Positions 39,520 through 51,800 of a stretch of DNA of 64,000 nt are shown here, piece after piece (position 1 is the first letter of the stretch; each line of letters opens with the position of its first letter). Under the pieces are notes generated by a model that was not told the DNA's origin, did not search any database, and worked only from the letters and a program-made list of their open reading frames with translations. Source of the stretch: Camelus dromedarius. Its lineage: Eukaryota. The stretch covers positions 47,804,001 through 47,868,000 of the forward strand of contig NC_087436.1 of NCBI RefSeq assembly GCF_036321535.1, in the 5' to 3' direction. The translations under genes were made by a program, and so were the position numbers.

Positions 39520-39738
39520 TCTCTCATAGCTCCGTGCATTTATTTTTCTCTTATGGCATTTATCAAAGTTAGTCATTATACATTTCTGTAATTATGTGAT
39601 AAATATCTGTCTTGTCCATTGAGCTATAAGCTTAACAATGCAATAATAGAAGGGACCAGGGCTGTTTTGTTCACGAAGTGTTCCCAGCAACAGTCAGAAT
39701 GTCTGGCACATACTTTATTCCGAATAAATATCTACTGA
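39520..39738 (+). mobile_element. L2a-like 3' end
   Basis: tctgtcttgtccattgagctataagctt...gggaccagggctgttttgttcacg...tctggcacatac...aataaatatctactga. Confidence 0.7.
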
Positions 39739-39949
39739 GATCAATGTCTCACATTCTTGTTCCTCCAAGTATTATGTAAACTTCTATTGTCTAATTGGCC
39801 AACTAGCTGCAAATAATCAGAAGTAGATTGTATATACTGAAAATTTTGAAGATTCTCAATGTTCAAATGTCAGAGAGCAGAATGAGGAAATTAAATTGAC
39901 AAATACGAAAACTGTAAGGCTTCACTGATGATCAATTTAGCATCCGTCT

Positions 39950-40560
39950 ATGAAAAGAGGTCCAGAAAGGACTGGGAAAATATGCATTAACCTATTTCAC
40001 GTTCATGAAAGTGATCAAATTATGAAGGTGGTCAAATTAGTAAAAATTAAAAATAAAAATGGAATCACTGAATATTTAAACTATCATGGGGAAGGCAATG
40101 TCATTTCCATAAGGGGAAATTGTAGCTGACCACGTCATACATTCCCTTAAAAGAATATGCACACGTGACTGTGGATAAAGGATAGACTGAAAATGTAATT
40201 TGCACTTTCAAACACCTTTAACCTAGTTCTGCATCAATAGCCATTGGGAAGAAACTGGGTCACTATGGAACTGGGGAAAATGTTTCATCACAAATAGGAA
40301 ATTGGCTCAGAAATAGGAAACAGAGGGTAGTGATAAATGGACATTTTCTTGTTGGAAAAGGTAAATAGTGAGGTTCTCAGGGATCAGGGCTGATATAACT
40401 TTTGTTCAACATTTTGATAAATGATCCATAAAAGGAAAAAGGCCTCTAGACTTTTCACGTCTTAAGATTACATAACTCTTTCAGGTAAGGAAATGGGAAA
40501 TGTCAAATCCACAGGCTAAGCTGCAGAGAAGTTCTGCAGACTGTGTGTGGGCAAAAACTT
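39950..40560 (+). mobile_element. L3/CR1 LINE reverse-transcriptase fossil
   Basis: Hand translation around 40250-40430 gives KLGHYGTGENVSSQIGNWLRNRKQRVVINGHF and, after a frameshift, QGSGLI*LLFNILIND. Compare CR1 RT WI.NWL..RKQRVVING..S.W..V.SGVPQGSVLGP.LFNIFIND. Confidence 0.8.
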
Positions 40561-40569
40561 AAAGGGCTC

Positions 40570-41285
40570 TTTACTTCTTGTTATTATAAAAGAGATCACA
40601 TAACATGGTAAATAATACAAACAGCACAGAGGGATAAAAATATCAAGTGAGGCTCTCAACTCAGACCACCCTTCATCTCCCTCACCTTAGTTCTATTCTG
40701 TAGGCATTGCCACCTAATATGGTTTCTAGACTGTCCTTCCTGAAATATTTTATGCATATATGTACACTTATATACATATGCTTTTATAGACTATATTGAC
40801 ACATACATAGGGGGCTTGCTAGGTGCAGTGTTGTAAACTTTGCTAATTTTTTAATTTAAGAAGCTATATTGGAAATGTATTTTCTATTAGCAGAAACCAC
40901 TGCATCCTTTTTAATGATTGCATATTGCACTGTTGTATGGATTTTCCATATCTAATTTACTCAGTCCCCTGATGATGGCTATTTGGGTTGTTTCCTGTTT
41001 TTGTTATTATTTACATTGCCGTTGTTGAGATGTTTGTTATTGTTGTTACTACAACAAAGACACTCCTGAATGCATACTTCTTCCCGTATTTGGGAGTATA
41101 TCTCCAGGATAAATTCCCAGAAATGGGATTGCTGAGTCAAAGATTAGATGCAGCTAGAGTTTGCTTTGCTCCCTGTTGCCTTCCAAAAAAGTCGTGTTGG
41201 TACGTGTTCTTACAAGTAGGAAATGAGCATCTGTTTCCCCATGCAGTGGCCAATAGTGAGTGTTAGAAAGACTTTTTCATTTTTA
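40570..41285 (-). mobile_element. Old L1 (L1ME-type) 3' end
   Basis: ttttaatgattgcatattgcactgttgtatgg...aatttactcagtcccctgatgatggctatttgggttgtttcc...ggataaattcccagaaatgggattgctgagtcaaag. Confidence 0.75.
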
Positions 41286-41589
41286 CAAAGTATAGTCTTC
41301 ATATTTCAAATAAGATGTTTTATTTAAAAATTTACATTAAATTTTTATTTAAAAAAATACAAGCCCCTAACACATATACTTAAAATGGTCACTGTCTGCA
41401 GCATGGAGGAAACAGAGCTGGCTGTGAGCTGAAGAGGAGGAGGGGAGGGGAGGCGGTGACAGTGGGTCGTCCTTGAGGGAGGCTTGAGGAAAGGAGGAGA
41501 GAGAGGCAGCAGGCAGGAAGTGGGGCCAAGGCTCAAGCCAGGAAAACACTTTATTTGTGAAGGAATTTGAATTATTTAGAATTGGAGCA

Positions 41590-41910
41590 GGCTTTCTTCA
41601 GAGCCAGTGACTTCCTTGTCACTAGAAGTGGACAAGCTGTGGCTGAGATAACCTCCAGCCCAAGACGCTGCAAAAAGAATCCCTGCCCTGGAAAGAAGGC
41701 TCTGAGATCACCTTGTCTCTGGCTTGTCAGAGGGAGAAATAACTAACAGCCAAGCGGATTCCCTCAACAACGTATACACTTAATGGAACTGCAGGATCTG
41801 CTTGAGAGTCACTCATGATGGAGAATCACTGAAGTCAATGGTAGGGCATCACAGAGCAGAAAGAGATGATCTCTAAAATTCCTTCCAATTTGAAGTTTTT
41901 GTGATTGATA
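41590..41910 (+). mobile_element. L3/CR1 3'-terminal fragments
   Basis: gtgacttccttgtcactagaagtggacaagctgtggctgagataacc and agatgatctctaaaattccttccaatttgaagtttttgtgatt resemble L3 3' end motifs. Confidence 0.5.
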
Positions 41911-43829
41911 CATTAAGAAATGTTTGTGTTTAATACCCAAATTGGAGCAAAATAACATGACTGACCAAATCCTTATGTAACTATTAGTGCTAGGGGCTCA
42001 ATTTTTACAGAAGAAATGTGAAAAGATAAAATTTAATTAATCACAAATTAGTACTTCTTGACAAAACCAAGACCAGGAAATATTTGAATGCTAAAAAAAA
42101 GTGTCAACTGATAAAGCAATTCCTGCTTTCATAGCTTACCAAAAATTTGTGATTTTTATAAGTATTCTCCCTGTCTGTTTACACACAGTAAATCCTCCAT
42201 CTAGTCAAATATATCCCATATACACCCAATTTTATTTACAACTCAGCCTATTTTTTGAGAGTCTCTCACATATACACACTCATTTTCTCATCTGGGATTT
42301 ATACAAATTAGTAAAGTGCCTGTTACAAGGACCAAGCAAAGTTGGAAAAACAGAAAACAAAACCACACTTCACAAATATAGAAGCTGAAGGCTTTTTTTC
42401 CCTTGTGGTTTTCTTAAGATTTTACCAGAGCCTGCGGTGGTATATCATAATAATTGAGTTTAGAAGATAACTATCAAGGGTGTATCAAAATATTTTTACC
42501 AATTTATATTGAGATGCTTGGTTTCAATATGGGCAGTCTTTCAAATGCCTGATTAAATTCACTTGAAGCTTTGTTTGCTAAAGCATTTCACATCCTGGGA
42601 AAATAAAGCCAAATATGCTGTTTTTCTTTGTTCTCCAGTGAGCCATGCAAAGTTAAAGAGAGCTTAAATGGAAAAAAAAAAGGAAAAACAAAAAATCTGA
42701 ATAAATCCCCTCTAAATCAGATTGACCTTTTCTAGGCAATTTTTTCTACGTCTTGGCAGGACGGAGCCTATATCCTTCTCTTTTCCTAGGCTCACTCTGT
42801 GTGGCCCACTTCCTGTGGCTGTTCCATTCTCTGAAATGACAACATTTTTGGACTACAGTAGCTTAAAAAGCATTAATTCCCAGTCATTGGAAATAGCCTA
42901 CATTTCACTCAAGGCAAAGAAACTGTTCCTGCTTTCTGACACTTGAGCTTTATTGCCGCTGACTTCAGGCAACTCGAATTCCGGGAGGTGAGAATCGCTT
43001 TCTTTTGGAACCATTTCCTTCGTGCTTTGCTTTGCCACTTGGCCTTCCCCGGCCCCCCAGCCAGGCTGTCAGCACATTCTCTCCTCAGGGTGGTGTGGGG
43101 AGAAGGCCCGAGTCTGGAGGAAGAGTTTATTTTAGGTAAATTTAATCAAGCAGTGAGCTTTTATTTTTACTGTTTATATTTTGGGGAAAAAAAGAGCTCA
43201 CTTTAGAATGGACAGAATTCTGGAACTGCAACTAAGTTTTAAAGCTTCTCAGTTTTGCAGATGACGAAACAGTCTCAGACCTCTCCACATCTTCCCTTTA
43301 CAGCTTGTTTCAATGTTTTGACAGAAAGAAAGAGTTTTACAATGTACTCAAAATAAAACCCAGTTTTCTTTGGTCTACAGAAGCAGGCAGATACCTTTTG
43401 CAGACCTTGTCCAAACATGACCTGGGAAAAACGTCCCTAATACGAATGGTCTAGTGGGGGAAACCATTCCAGCTTCCTCTCTTTTTCAGATTTACAAAAG
43501 TCAGATTAACATGTCATGTTGAGTATGAACGAATTTATGAACCCAGTAGTAAGCACAGCATTAATTACAACAAGCCTGATTCTCCATGGTTTATGAGTAT
43601 GCAGATTCAAAATTCACATTTTACTGTAAGCTAATACAAACACAAGTCACCACCGAGAGGTTCTGACTGATAGAAGTTTGGTCTTATTGAACTTCACCTT
43701 GAGTGGATTCCCTGACAAATACAAGACAATCAACTTAATTTTCTATCTTATCATTGCTGTCTATACAGTGGATTGTCAACATACTCTGTTCAGTATTGTT
43801 GGGTACTGGAAGTTGAGCGTTAATTATAT

Positions 43830-43935
43830 GGTGAGTGGTTTACCCATTCTCACTTTTAAACCACCTAACGACCCTGTGGGGTAGTTATCCCCACTTACCA
43901 GATGGAGATAACTGAGACTCATGGAGTAAATTGGA
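43830..43935 (-). mobile_element. MIR SINE fragment
   Basis: aacgaccctgtggggtagttatccccacttaccagatggagataactgagactca is the antisense MIR core. Confidence 0.7.
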
Positions 43936-43941
43936 GTGCAG

Positions 43942-43997
43942 ATATAGATATTATTATGTATGCTGTATATTATACATAAATTATATATATATATAAT

Positions 43998-44038
<41 letters not shown>
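43942..44038. repeat. (TA)n microsatellite with degenerate 5' part
   Basis: Pure (AT)n at about 44004-44038. Confidence 0.95.
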
Positions 44039-44040
<2 letters not shown>

Positions 44041-44529
44041 CTGTGTCACACAATTATTACGCACACCTTTATTAGGGACATTTGATATATTGGTAGAACA
44101 GGGACTTTGCAGTAATAGAGACTTAAACTCAAATGTTAGCTTCCCTTGAATAAGTTATTCAATGCAATTTAACTCAAGTAATAAAATCAGTTGTCTCAAA
44201 GGTACATTCCCTAGAAGTTGGCTCCTGTCTGCCAAGACCAGTTTTCCTGAGAAGGTTGAACATGTCAGGTGGCAGCTATTAGCTCATGTTATTCTTAGCA
44301 GCTGAAGATGGGTGTCCCAGCAGGTTAAGGTGAGCAGGGTGGGGCATTGACAACATCTACTATATCAGTTTCTGTTGAATGCCTGCTAGACGCCGTTGAC
44401 TGTATCCCTCACCATACAGGAACTCAACATGCAATAGGAGGAAAGCTAAGTATGGCAAGGGTCAGCCTAGAAGTATATGGTCTGTTTTATATGCCTGGGG
44501 TAGGGGTGGGAAGATGGAGGAGGAGGATA

Positions 44530-44900
44530 AGGGAGAGGGTCAAAGGGGCTAATGGTACCAATAGGAACTGACCCTTGAGGTGCCTCTTGGAAACCTTTAG
44601 AAGTCAATGGATAAGATGGCAAAGGACATTTTAGACAATAAACAGCGCAAATAAAGGGAACTTGACATATCACGGCAACTTTAGGGGCAGCATTAGGTCT
44701 CTATAACTAGGATGGTCACTAGGATGCAGGAGAGGAGGACACTGTAGGAGAGCGGACTGGAAGATGAGTAAGAACCACCTTGTGGAGGGGCTTTTAGTTT
44801 ACACCTAAGAGTGGAATTTAATACTGAGGTGATAGAAAGGTTGAAACAAATTGCTACAGGATGACAGTCTCAGGTCTTTGCCGCACCCCTGGCAGTAATT
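44530..44900 (-). mobile_element. L2 fragment
   Basis: ggactggaagatgagtaagaaccaccttgtggagggg...agagtggaatttaatactgaggtgatag is antisense L2-like. Confidence 0.45.
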
Positions 44901-45604
44901 ACTTACATACATTTTGCTCGGTAATTAGATTCATACAATGTTACTGCATTGGTTTCTACTTCTCTCCAACCTCCATTCTCCTGGGAATATCTGAAATGTT
45001 GGTTGGATAGTTTTGCCATAATAATATAGTTGATTAAAATACATGAAGAATAACTCTGAGGTTGGTGTCAAAAAGGAGCGCATTGCCTTATTCCACATGC
45101 CAGCAAGTACGTGGCTGGCGCACAGGGACACAGACTTGCAGAAGCTGGCGGTGGGAGTCTCCTCCAGGCTTCTGCAAGCCAGTGTGCACTCTGCCACTTA
45201 CTCCCTGATCTATGAGATCGTTCCACATCCGACTCTTTGAGCTCCATAAGTCACGTGGCTGTTAGACCCCCTAACTTGCTTTGCTTTTCCTTAAACCCAC
45301 GGCTCACACCATTGAACACTCATAGGCTTCTCCAGGGTGGAGACCGAAGGCTTATTTTTGCTTACAGTCACCACTGTTTCCTCTCCATTTTGATCCTTTT
45401 TCCTTTTCCTGTCATAGAGTTGTATTGCTTTTCCATATGTCCTCCCAGTGAAGCAGGTCCTCTGTGTGCTCTGTGGAGCTCCCCTGAATTCCAGCCAAGG
45501 TGCGTGCTTTAGAAGTGCTCTTTGGAAAGAAGCACAGAGCATGGGCTGGAGTGTAGAGCGGTGGGAAATAAGAAGTGCAGAGTCCAGTGTTCAGCAGGGG
45601 ACAG

Positions 45605-46180
45605 ACACACAAAAATGTCGCTGTTCATGATAGCAAAACTGGAAGCAACCCAAATGCCTTTTTTTATAGAAGGTAGGGGGCATGAATAATAAGAGTACAG
45701 TTACACAATAGAATATTATGTAGCTGTCAAGCAAATAGATTACAGTCCCACCCAGTAATATCGATAAATATAACAATATAATTTTAAGTGTAATCAGTCC
45801 CCCATTTACATACAGCATGATACCACATCTATAATATTAAAAGCAATGCAATTCAAATAGACATTTTTAAGAATACAAATAGAGATAATAAAACCATATC
45901 ATAAAAGAAAAAAGGGACTAATAAAAAGGATTTTAGATGGGGGTTACCTTGCATGGGGGGAAGCAAAGGAATGGAATGGGCGGGTATAAAGGTGTATGTC
46001 AAGGTTCTAGCTTTTATTCTGAATGTTGGTTTCGTGTGTGCTTATTAGATAATAAAGAGTAACCGAAAATTGTAAGCCAGTTACATAAAGATGGTCAGTA
46101 TGGACCAATGACAGGAGTGTGTCATGATCCATGGATTCTGATTAAATGAAGTCTGTGTACCTGAAATCCAAAATGAAAAC
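45605..46180 (+). mobile_element. Old L1 (L1ME-type) 3' end
   Basis: ctgttcatgatagcaaaactggaagcaacccaaatgcc (ORF2 end, FxIAKxWKQPKC) followed by L1ME-like 3' UTR. Confidence 0.65.
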
Positions 46181-48842
46181 CAGAGATAACTCATGTTGTG
46201 ATTCAGGAGATAGAAGGGAGTAGCAACACTTTTAACATGAGCTGTTTTGAGAATTAGGTGAGAAAAGCTGTGAGGAGTAAGTATGAAGGTGTAACTACAA
46301 ATTCAGGAGTGAAAATATAACTGCATGTCTTTATTTGAATTAAATTGATTGAAATTTGACTCCTAACTTGAAGGGGCTTCAATTTGAGTTTTCAGTGAGG
46401 TTCACCTCTCTCTCCTGAACCAATTTCCTGACGAAAGTTGAAGCAAGGGTCTTTCTTCCAGAGCAGAATGGAGTTGGGTACCTCCTGCTGGTCAGCCTTG
46501 TCTAAGTGATCCCTCAGCTCTGGCGGCTTCATAGGCTCTTAGCTGATCTGGGGATGAGGGTGCAAGACTGGGAACCACAACTGCCGGAGTTTGGCCTTGG
46601 TGGCTATAGAGTGCAGCTGTTTCTCTCTGACCTTTCCACCTGGATCCAGTCCTAGTTAAGATCCAAATAGCCTTGTCCTCTTCCCACTTTCTGGGAGTCT
46701 TCTCTCTCCTTGTCCACAGAGTCACCCCACTTCCCTCTGGAATATCTGGTACGTTCTCTTCAGTAAATTAAAAATTTTGCAAATGATAGGGAAACACTGA
46801 CTTAAAGCAGCTTCTGTTCAATGGCCTGCAAATCAGGGAAGGCAAAACACTACTCTGGGAAGATGAGACATAAAAAAAAAAAACGTAAGGAGGAGAAACA
46901 AATATTTTAGTAAAATTTCCTGCCCATATGTTGAGCACTGGTCAGGTGGCCTTAGGTGCTCAGTAAATATTCTTGACCTGCCTCCACCCCCAAGTTAATA
47001 ATATGGAGGATGGCTTTTGTTCCCCTCCTGGGCTCAGGAAATCTTATACCCAAAAATGAGAGGAGGATCTCAGGTGGGCACTGTGGAGAAACCTGTACCT
47101 GAGTTTGCCTCTTCCAACTCTGCTCTTCGTTCTACAGAACAAAAATGCTAACCCGTATGTTCTGGTGCCAGAATAGTGTGACATATATAGGAGGTGCTCA
47201 GTGAGAATTTCCTGATGGACAAGTCCAAAATAAAAGGTGTGAAAGTATCATTTTTTTTCTCGAAAAGAGGAAACTTTGGATGAAGGCAGAGTTTGGTGTG
47301 TTCTCAAAGTGGCTCATGTCTTCCTGTAGCTGGCACGCTTCAGCCCATTTCCTGTTTCCAGAAGCTGGATATTCTCCAGTGCAAGGGAGAGGACGAATGC
47401 TTCCCTGGATTGGGACTTAGATCACCTGTACATGCTCTGAGACAGCCCACCACCCAGAACCACTCCCACCACCCATCACAACATAGAAACTGAGCTCAGT
47501 GCTCTGCTTTCCTTTCCTCTTCATTGGTTCATGCAAGCAAACAAGATAATGCACTCTTCTCCCTTAAAAGAGCAATAGTTTAGTCTGAGAAAAGTCATTC
47601 TAAGTAACAAACAGGGGATTCAGGAAGAAGTTCCTTTGACCCCTAGCAGTTCCACAGAGGTAACCTACTCATTACAGGGACCTCCTGAGTAATCAGCAGC
47701 CAATCTATCCAGATGGCCCCGTCCTATCACTGGGTGTTGCAATAACATTAAAAGAAACCATGCTTTGTGTTGGCTGATTTGAAAATGGATCTCTGTTGCG
47801 GAGACAAATATAGAAACCTTATCAGGTTACTAATCTGCCATTGAACGTGGGCCTCAAAGGAAAGTCATAATCATGCTTGTCATATCTGTCTTCAAAGGCT
47901 GTCACAAATATAGCTAAAGAATTACAAAAGCACCTGCCTCCACCTTTATCGGCTTCCCTTCAATTACTCTTTGTCTTTTGAGCACGTCAACTGGCTTTAT
48001 CGTAATTAGATGATGATACTGAACAAAATCATAATTTCTGACCTGACCTTGTATCCATGTTTATTGTTGTTGTTATGAAATTCAGTTAGAGACTTAGGGC
48101 CATTGGAAATTCATCTATTTTATCTACAGTTGTTGATAAATGTTTTTGAAAGAATAAATAAGTATATGCATTCAGATATATTGACTATGTGAAAGGTGTG
48201 TAAAGCTATCTTTTTTTATAATCTTACCTAAAAAGTCTCTGTAATTTCATGCAATATTCTATTTGAAATTATTTTAAAAATCTATTTTTCTCTGTTTAAA
48301 GATCGAAAATAGAGGCTTAGTATCTGCTGCATAAAACTACCATTTTTTTTTTTATTAAACCACTTTCCAGGCTTAACAGCTGACTAGCCCCTTGATTTTA
48401 GCTTTTTTTGTTTTATCTTATTTTACAAACCCAGATCTCTTCCAAAGAAGTATTAAAATGAGCTTTGTTGCTTAAAACTGTCAAACTAGATCTCAGATTT
48501 CTAGTACTTATTAACATTACCAGCTCTGAGCACAACAGAAAGATAAACTCACTGTTCCTATGAGTTTAATGATTATCCATAGTTAGAAGTATATTTGATA
48601 TTAACATTTAAAAACTCATTGCTAAATTATAAGCAAATGAGATATTTTGAATAAAACAATTATCCTAAAATATAAGTGTAGACAGTTGATTAATTGTTGA
48701 AAAACATTTGGCCTAGGTATTTTTTACTTTTGGTATTGTGTACATTTGGCTAATAATAGTTTCTACAATTGTGAAGTGCTTCTTTATTGGAAAGTCTTGT
48801 TTCCTTTATCCTTTTCCCAATTGCAGGATCTCCAACTAGTTT

Positions 48843-51800
48843 TTTTTTCATAAAATTTATTTTGTAGAACAGTCTTAGATTTACAAATAAATTGCAAAAA
48901 TAATCCACAGATTTCCTAGATGCTTCCAACCAGTTTCCCCTCTTACTGACACCTTGTTAGTACGGTACATTTGTTATAATTCTTGAACCAATATTGATAT
49001 ATTATTATAATTGAAGTCCATACTTTATTTGGGTTTCCTTGGTTTTTACCTAAGGTCCTTTTTCTTTTCAAGAATCCTTGGGCTTCTCTTGCTTGAGACA
49101 GTTTTCTCAAACTCTCCTTGTTTTTGATGACCTTGACAGTTTTGAGGAATACTGGTCAGATACAGTATCGACTTTCCTTTGACTGGAATTTGTCTCCTCT
49201 TTTTCTGATGATTAGATGTGGGTTTTGAGGAGGGAGGCCACTTCCCTCCTCAAAAGTGGCAGAGGCAAAGTGCCATTTTAATTATATCCTGGGAAGAATC
49301 CATTAAATCAATTTAACTTGTATTATTGATGTTGTCCTTTGTCATTTGGCTAAGGTTAGTCTTTGTCAGATTTCTCCACTCAAAAGTTACTCTTCTCCCA
49401 AACCTTCTCCCTCCTTTCCACGCCGCACTCTTTGTAAAGAAGTAGTATGAATGGCCCACCCTTCAGGGGTGGGGCTCCTACGTACATTATCTGGAATTCT
49501 TTTGCAGGGGATATTTCTCTTCTCCCCCATTTACTTCTTTATTTGGTCAATCGTTTATATCATGGTGGACTCATGGGTGTTTGACTTATACTTGGAGTTC
49601 TCATCCAGCCCTGCTCTATTTTGTTGCTCACGTGGTTCCAGCTGTGAACAGGCAGGCTCTTTTAGTGGCTCCACTGCCCTTTGACTTACTTCTATCATTG
49701 CAGGATATGTGAAAAAAGTGATTTTAGCTCCTTCTTACTTTTTGGTGCTCTAACATGCTCCAGGCTTATGTTATGTATTTTCTGCCCCAGACCTAGAGTC
49801 AGGCATTTCTCCAAGGAGTCCTGGTTTCATTTTATTGGTACTAGAATAGACAATCTGGGTGCTGCGTATTTGCTACCCGGATGTCATTGCATCCATGCGC
49901 TCTCAATTGACTGAACAAGGAAACATGTCTTTATTTTACTCTGTGTATACACCATATCTATAAATAATTATGTAACTATCTGTCTGTATCTTAACGCTAA
50001 AGATGAGTTCACACTGATGTCTCCAATCTAATCCATGACCACATGGGTCACTTTAGCTTCCTGTCCGTACTCATCTCTGAACTCCCACTCCAATGGGGAG
50101 ATGCCTGGCTGCCACCAGCCACCATCCATTGACCTAATTACTCAGTTCCAGCATACATGTATCACAGTATCAGAATTCTTTGTGCATACTTCCATGGGAA
50201 ACAGCTTGATCAACTAGAATCCAGTGATAATGCACAATTTCTTTTGCCTTTAGTCATAGAGACTCCATTCATTTTCAAAGTTCCATGGGTCTGTACCTTT
50301 ATCCCCACCACCCTTCAGTGAGATTGCTTTATATATCTGTAATATAGTTAGATTGTTTTGACATACTCTACATTCCATTCTGAGATCCCCTGACACCCTA
50401 AATATTTTTTTTTCACTTTGCCTACATTAAGGTTCACTCTTGTGTTAGCATTCTGTGGGTTTTCAGAAATGCAGACTGTCATGCATTCCAAATTACAGTG
50501 TCATAAAGAATGGTTTCACTGCCCTAACATCTCCCCTGCATCCCATCTATTCAACCCTCCTCCATCTCCCTGAGTCCCTCACAAACACTGATCTATTTAC
50601 TCTTCATATATTTTTAATTTCTCCATACTGTCATCTAATTGAGATCATATGGAATATAGTATGTTCAGGCTGATTTAAAGAAGCGAAAGCACTTAGCATA
50701 TGCATTTAAAATTCATGTTTTTCATGCCTTGCAAGTTCATTTCTTTTTATCGCTGAATAATATACCATTGCATAAATGTATCACAGTTTGTTTATGCATT
50801 TACCAATGAAAGACATCTGGCTGCTTCCAAGTTTTGACAATTACGAATAAAGCTGCTATAAACATCCATATGCAGATTTTTGTGTTGACATAACTTTTCA
50901 CATCAGTTGGGTAAATACCTAAGAGAATGATTTCTAGATTATATGGGAAGACTACGTTTAGCTTTGTAAGAAACTGTCAAATTATCTTCCAAAGTGGCCG
51001 GATCATTTTTGCACTCCCACCAGAAATGACTAAGAGTTCCTACTGCTCCACATTGTCACCAGAAATTGCTATTGTCAGTTTAAAAAAACTGTTTGCCATT
51101 CTAATAGATGTATAGCAGTATCTCATTGTTTTAATTTGCAATTACCTAATGGCAAATGATATTGAGGTCTTATTTGCTATTTGTCTATCTTTTTTGGCGA
51201 GGTGTCTGTTCAGATCTTTTACTCATTTTTTAGTTGGGTTATTGGTTTTCTTACTGTTGAATTTGAAGTGGTCTTTGTATATTTTGGGTGAAAGTTCTTT
51301 ATCAGATATGTGTTTTGCAAAGGTTTTTTTGCCTCAGTCTGTGGCTTGCCTTTTCATTTTCTTAACAGTGTCTTTGCAGAGAGAAGTTTTTAATTTTAAT
51401 AAAGTCTAACATCAGTTTTTTTTTTCTTTTCTGTGTTATGCTTTTGGTGATGTATGCAAAAATTCTTCACCAAACCCAAGATCACCTAGATTTTCCCCTA
51501 TGTTTTATTCTAAAAGTTTTATAGTTTTGCATTTTACGTAGAGGAGAATGATCCATTCTGAGTTACTTTTCATGATACTTTTGCATATGGATATCCAGTT
51601 TTTCCAGTATCATTTGTTTAAAGATTAGCCTTTTTTTCTTCCAGTTTTATATAGATATAATTGACATACAGCACTGGGTAAGTTTAAGTTGTGCAGCATA
51701 ACAATTTGATTTATATATATCATGAAATGATTACCACATTAAGTTTAGAAAGATGATCTTTTGTCCATTAAATTGCCTTTGCTCTTTTATCAAAGATCAG

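Noticed and set aside
41430..41530. G-quadruplex or promoter-like purine-rich patch
   Set aside because: Only two G-runs of three or more are closely spaced, and there is no CpG island; treated as GA-rich low complexity.
49223..49260. H-type RNA pseudoknot
   Set aside because: The two stems would need a zero-length loop to cross a 13-bp helix, which is sterically implausible; a mutational scar explains it better.
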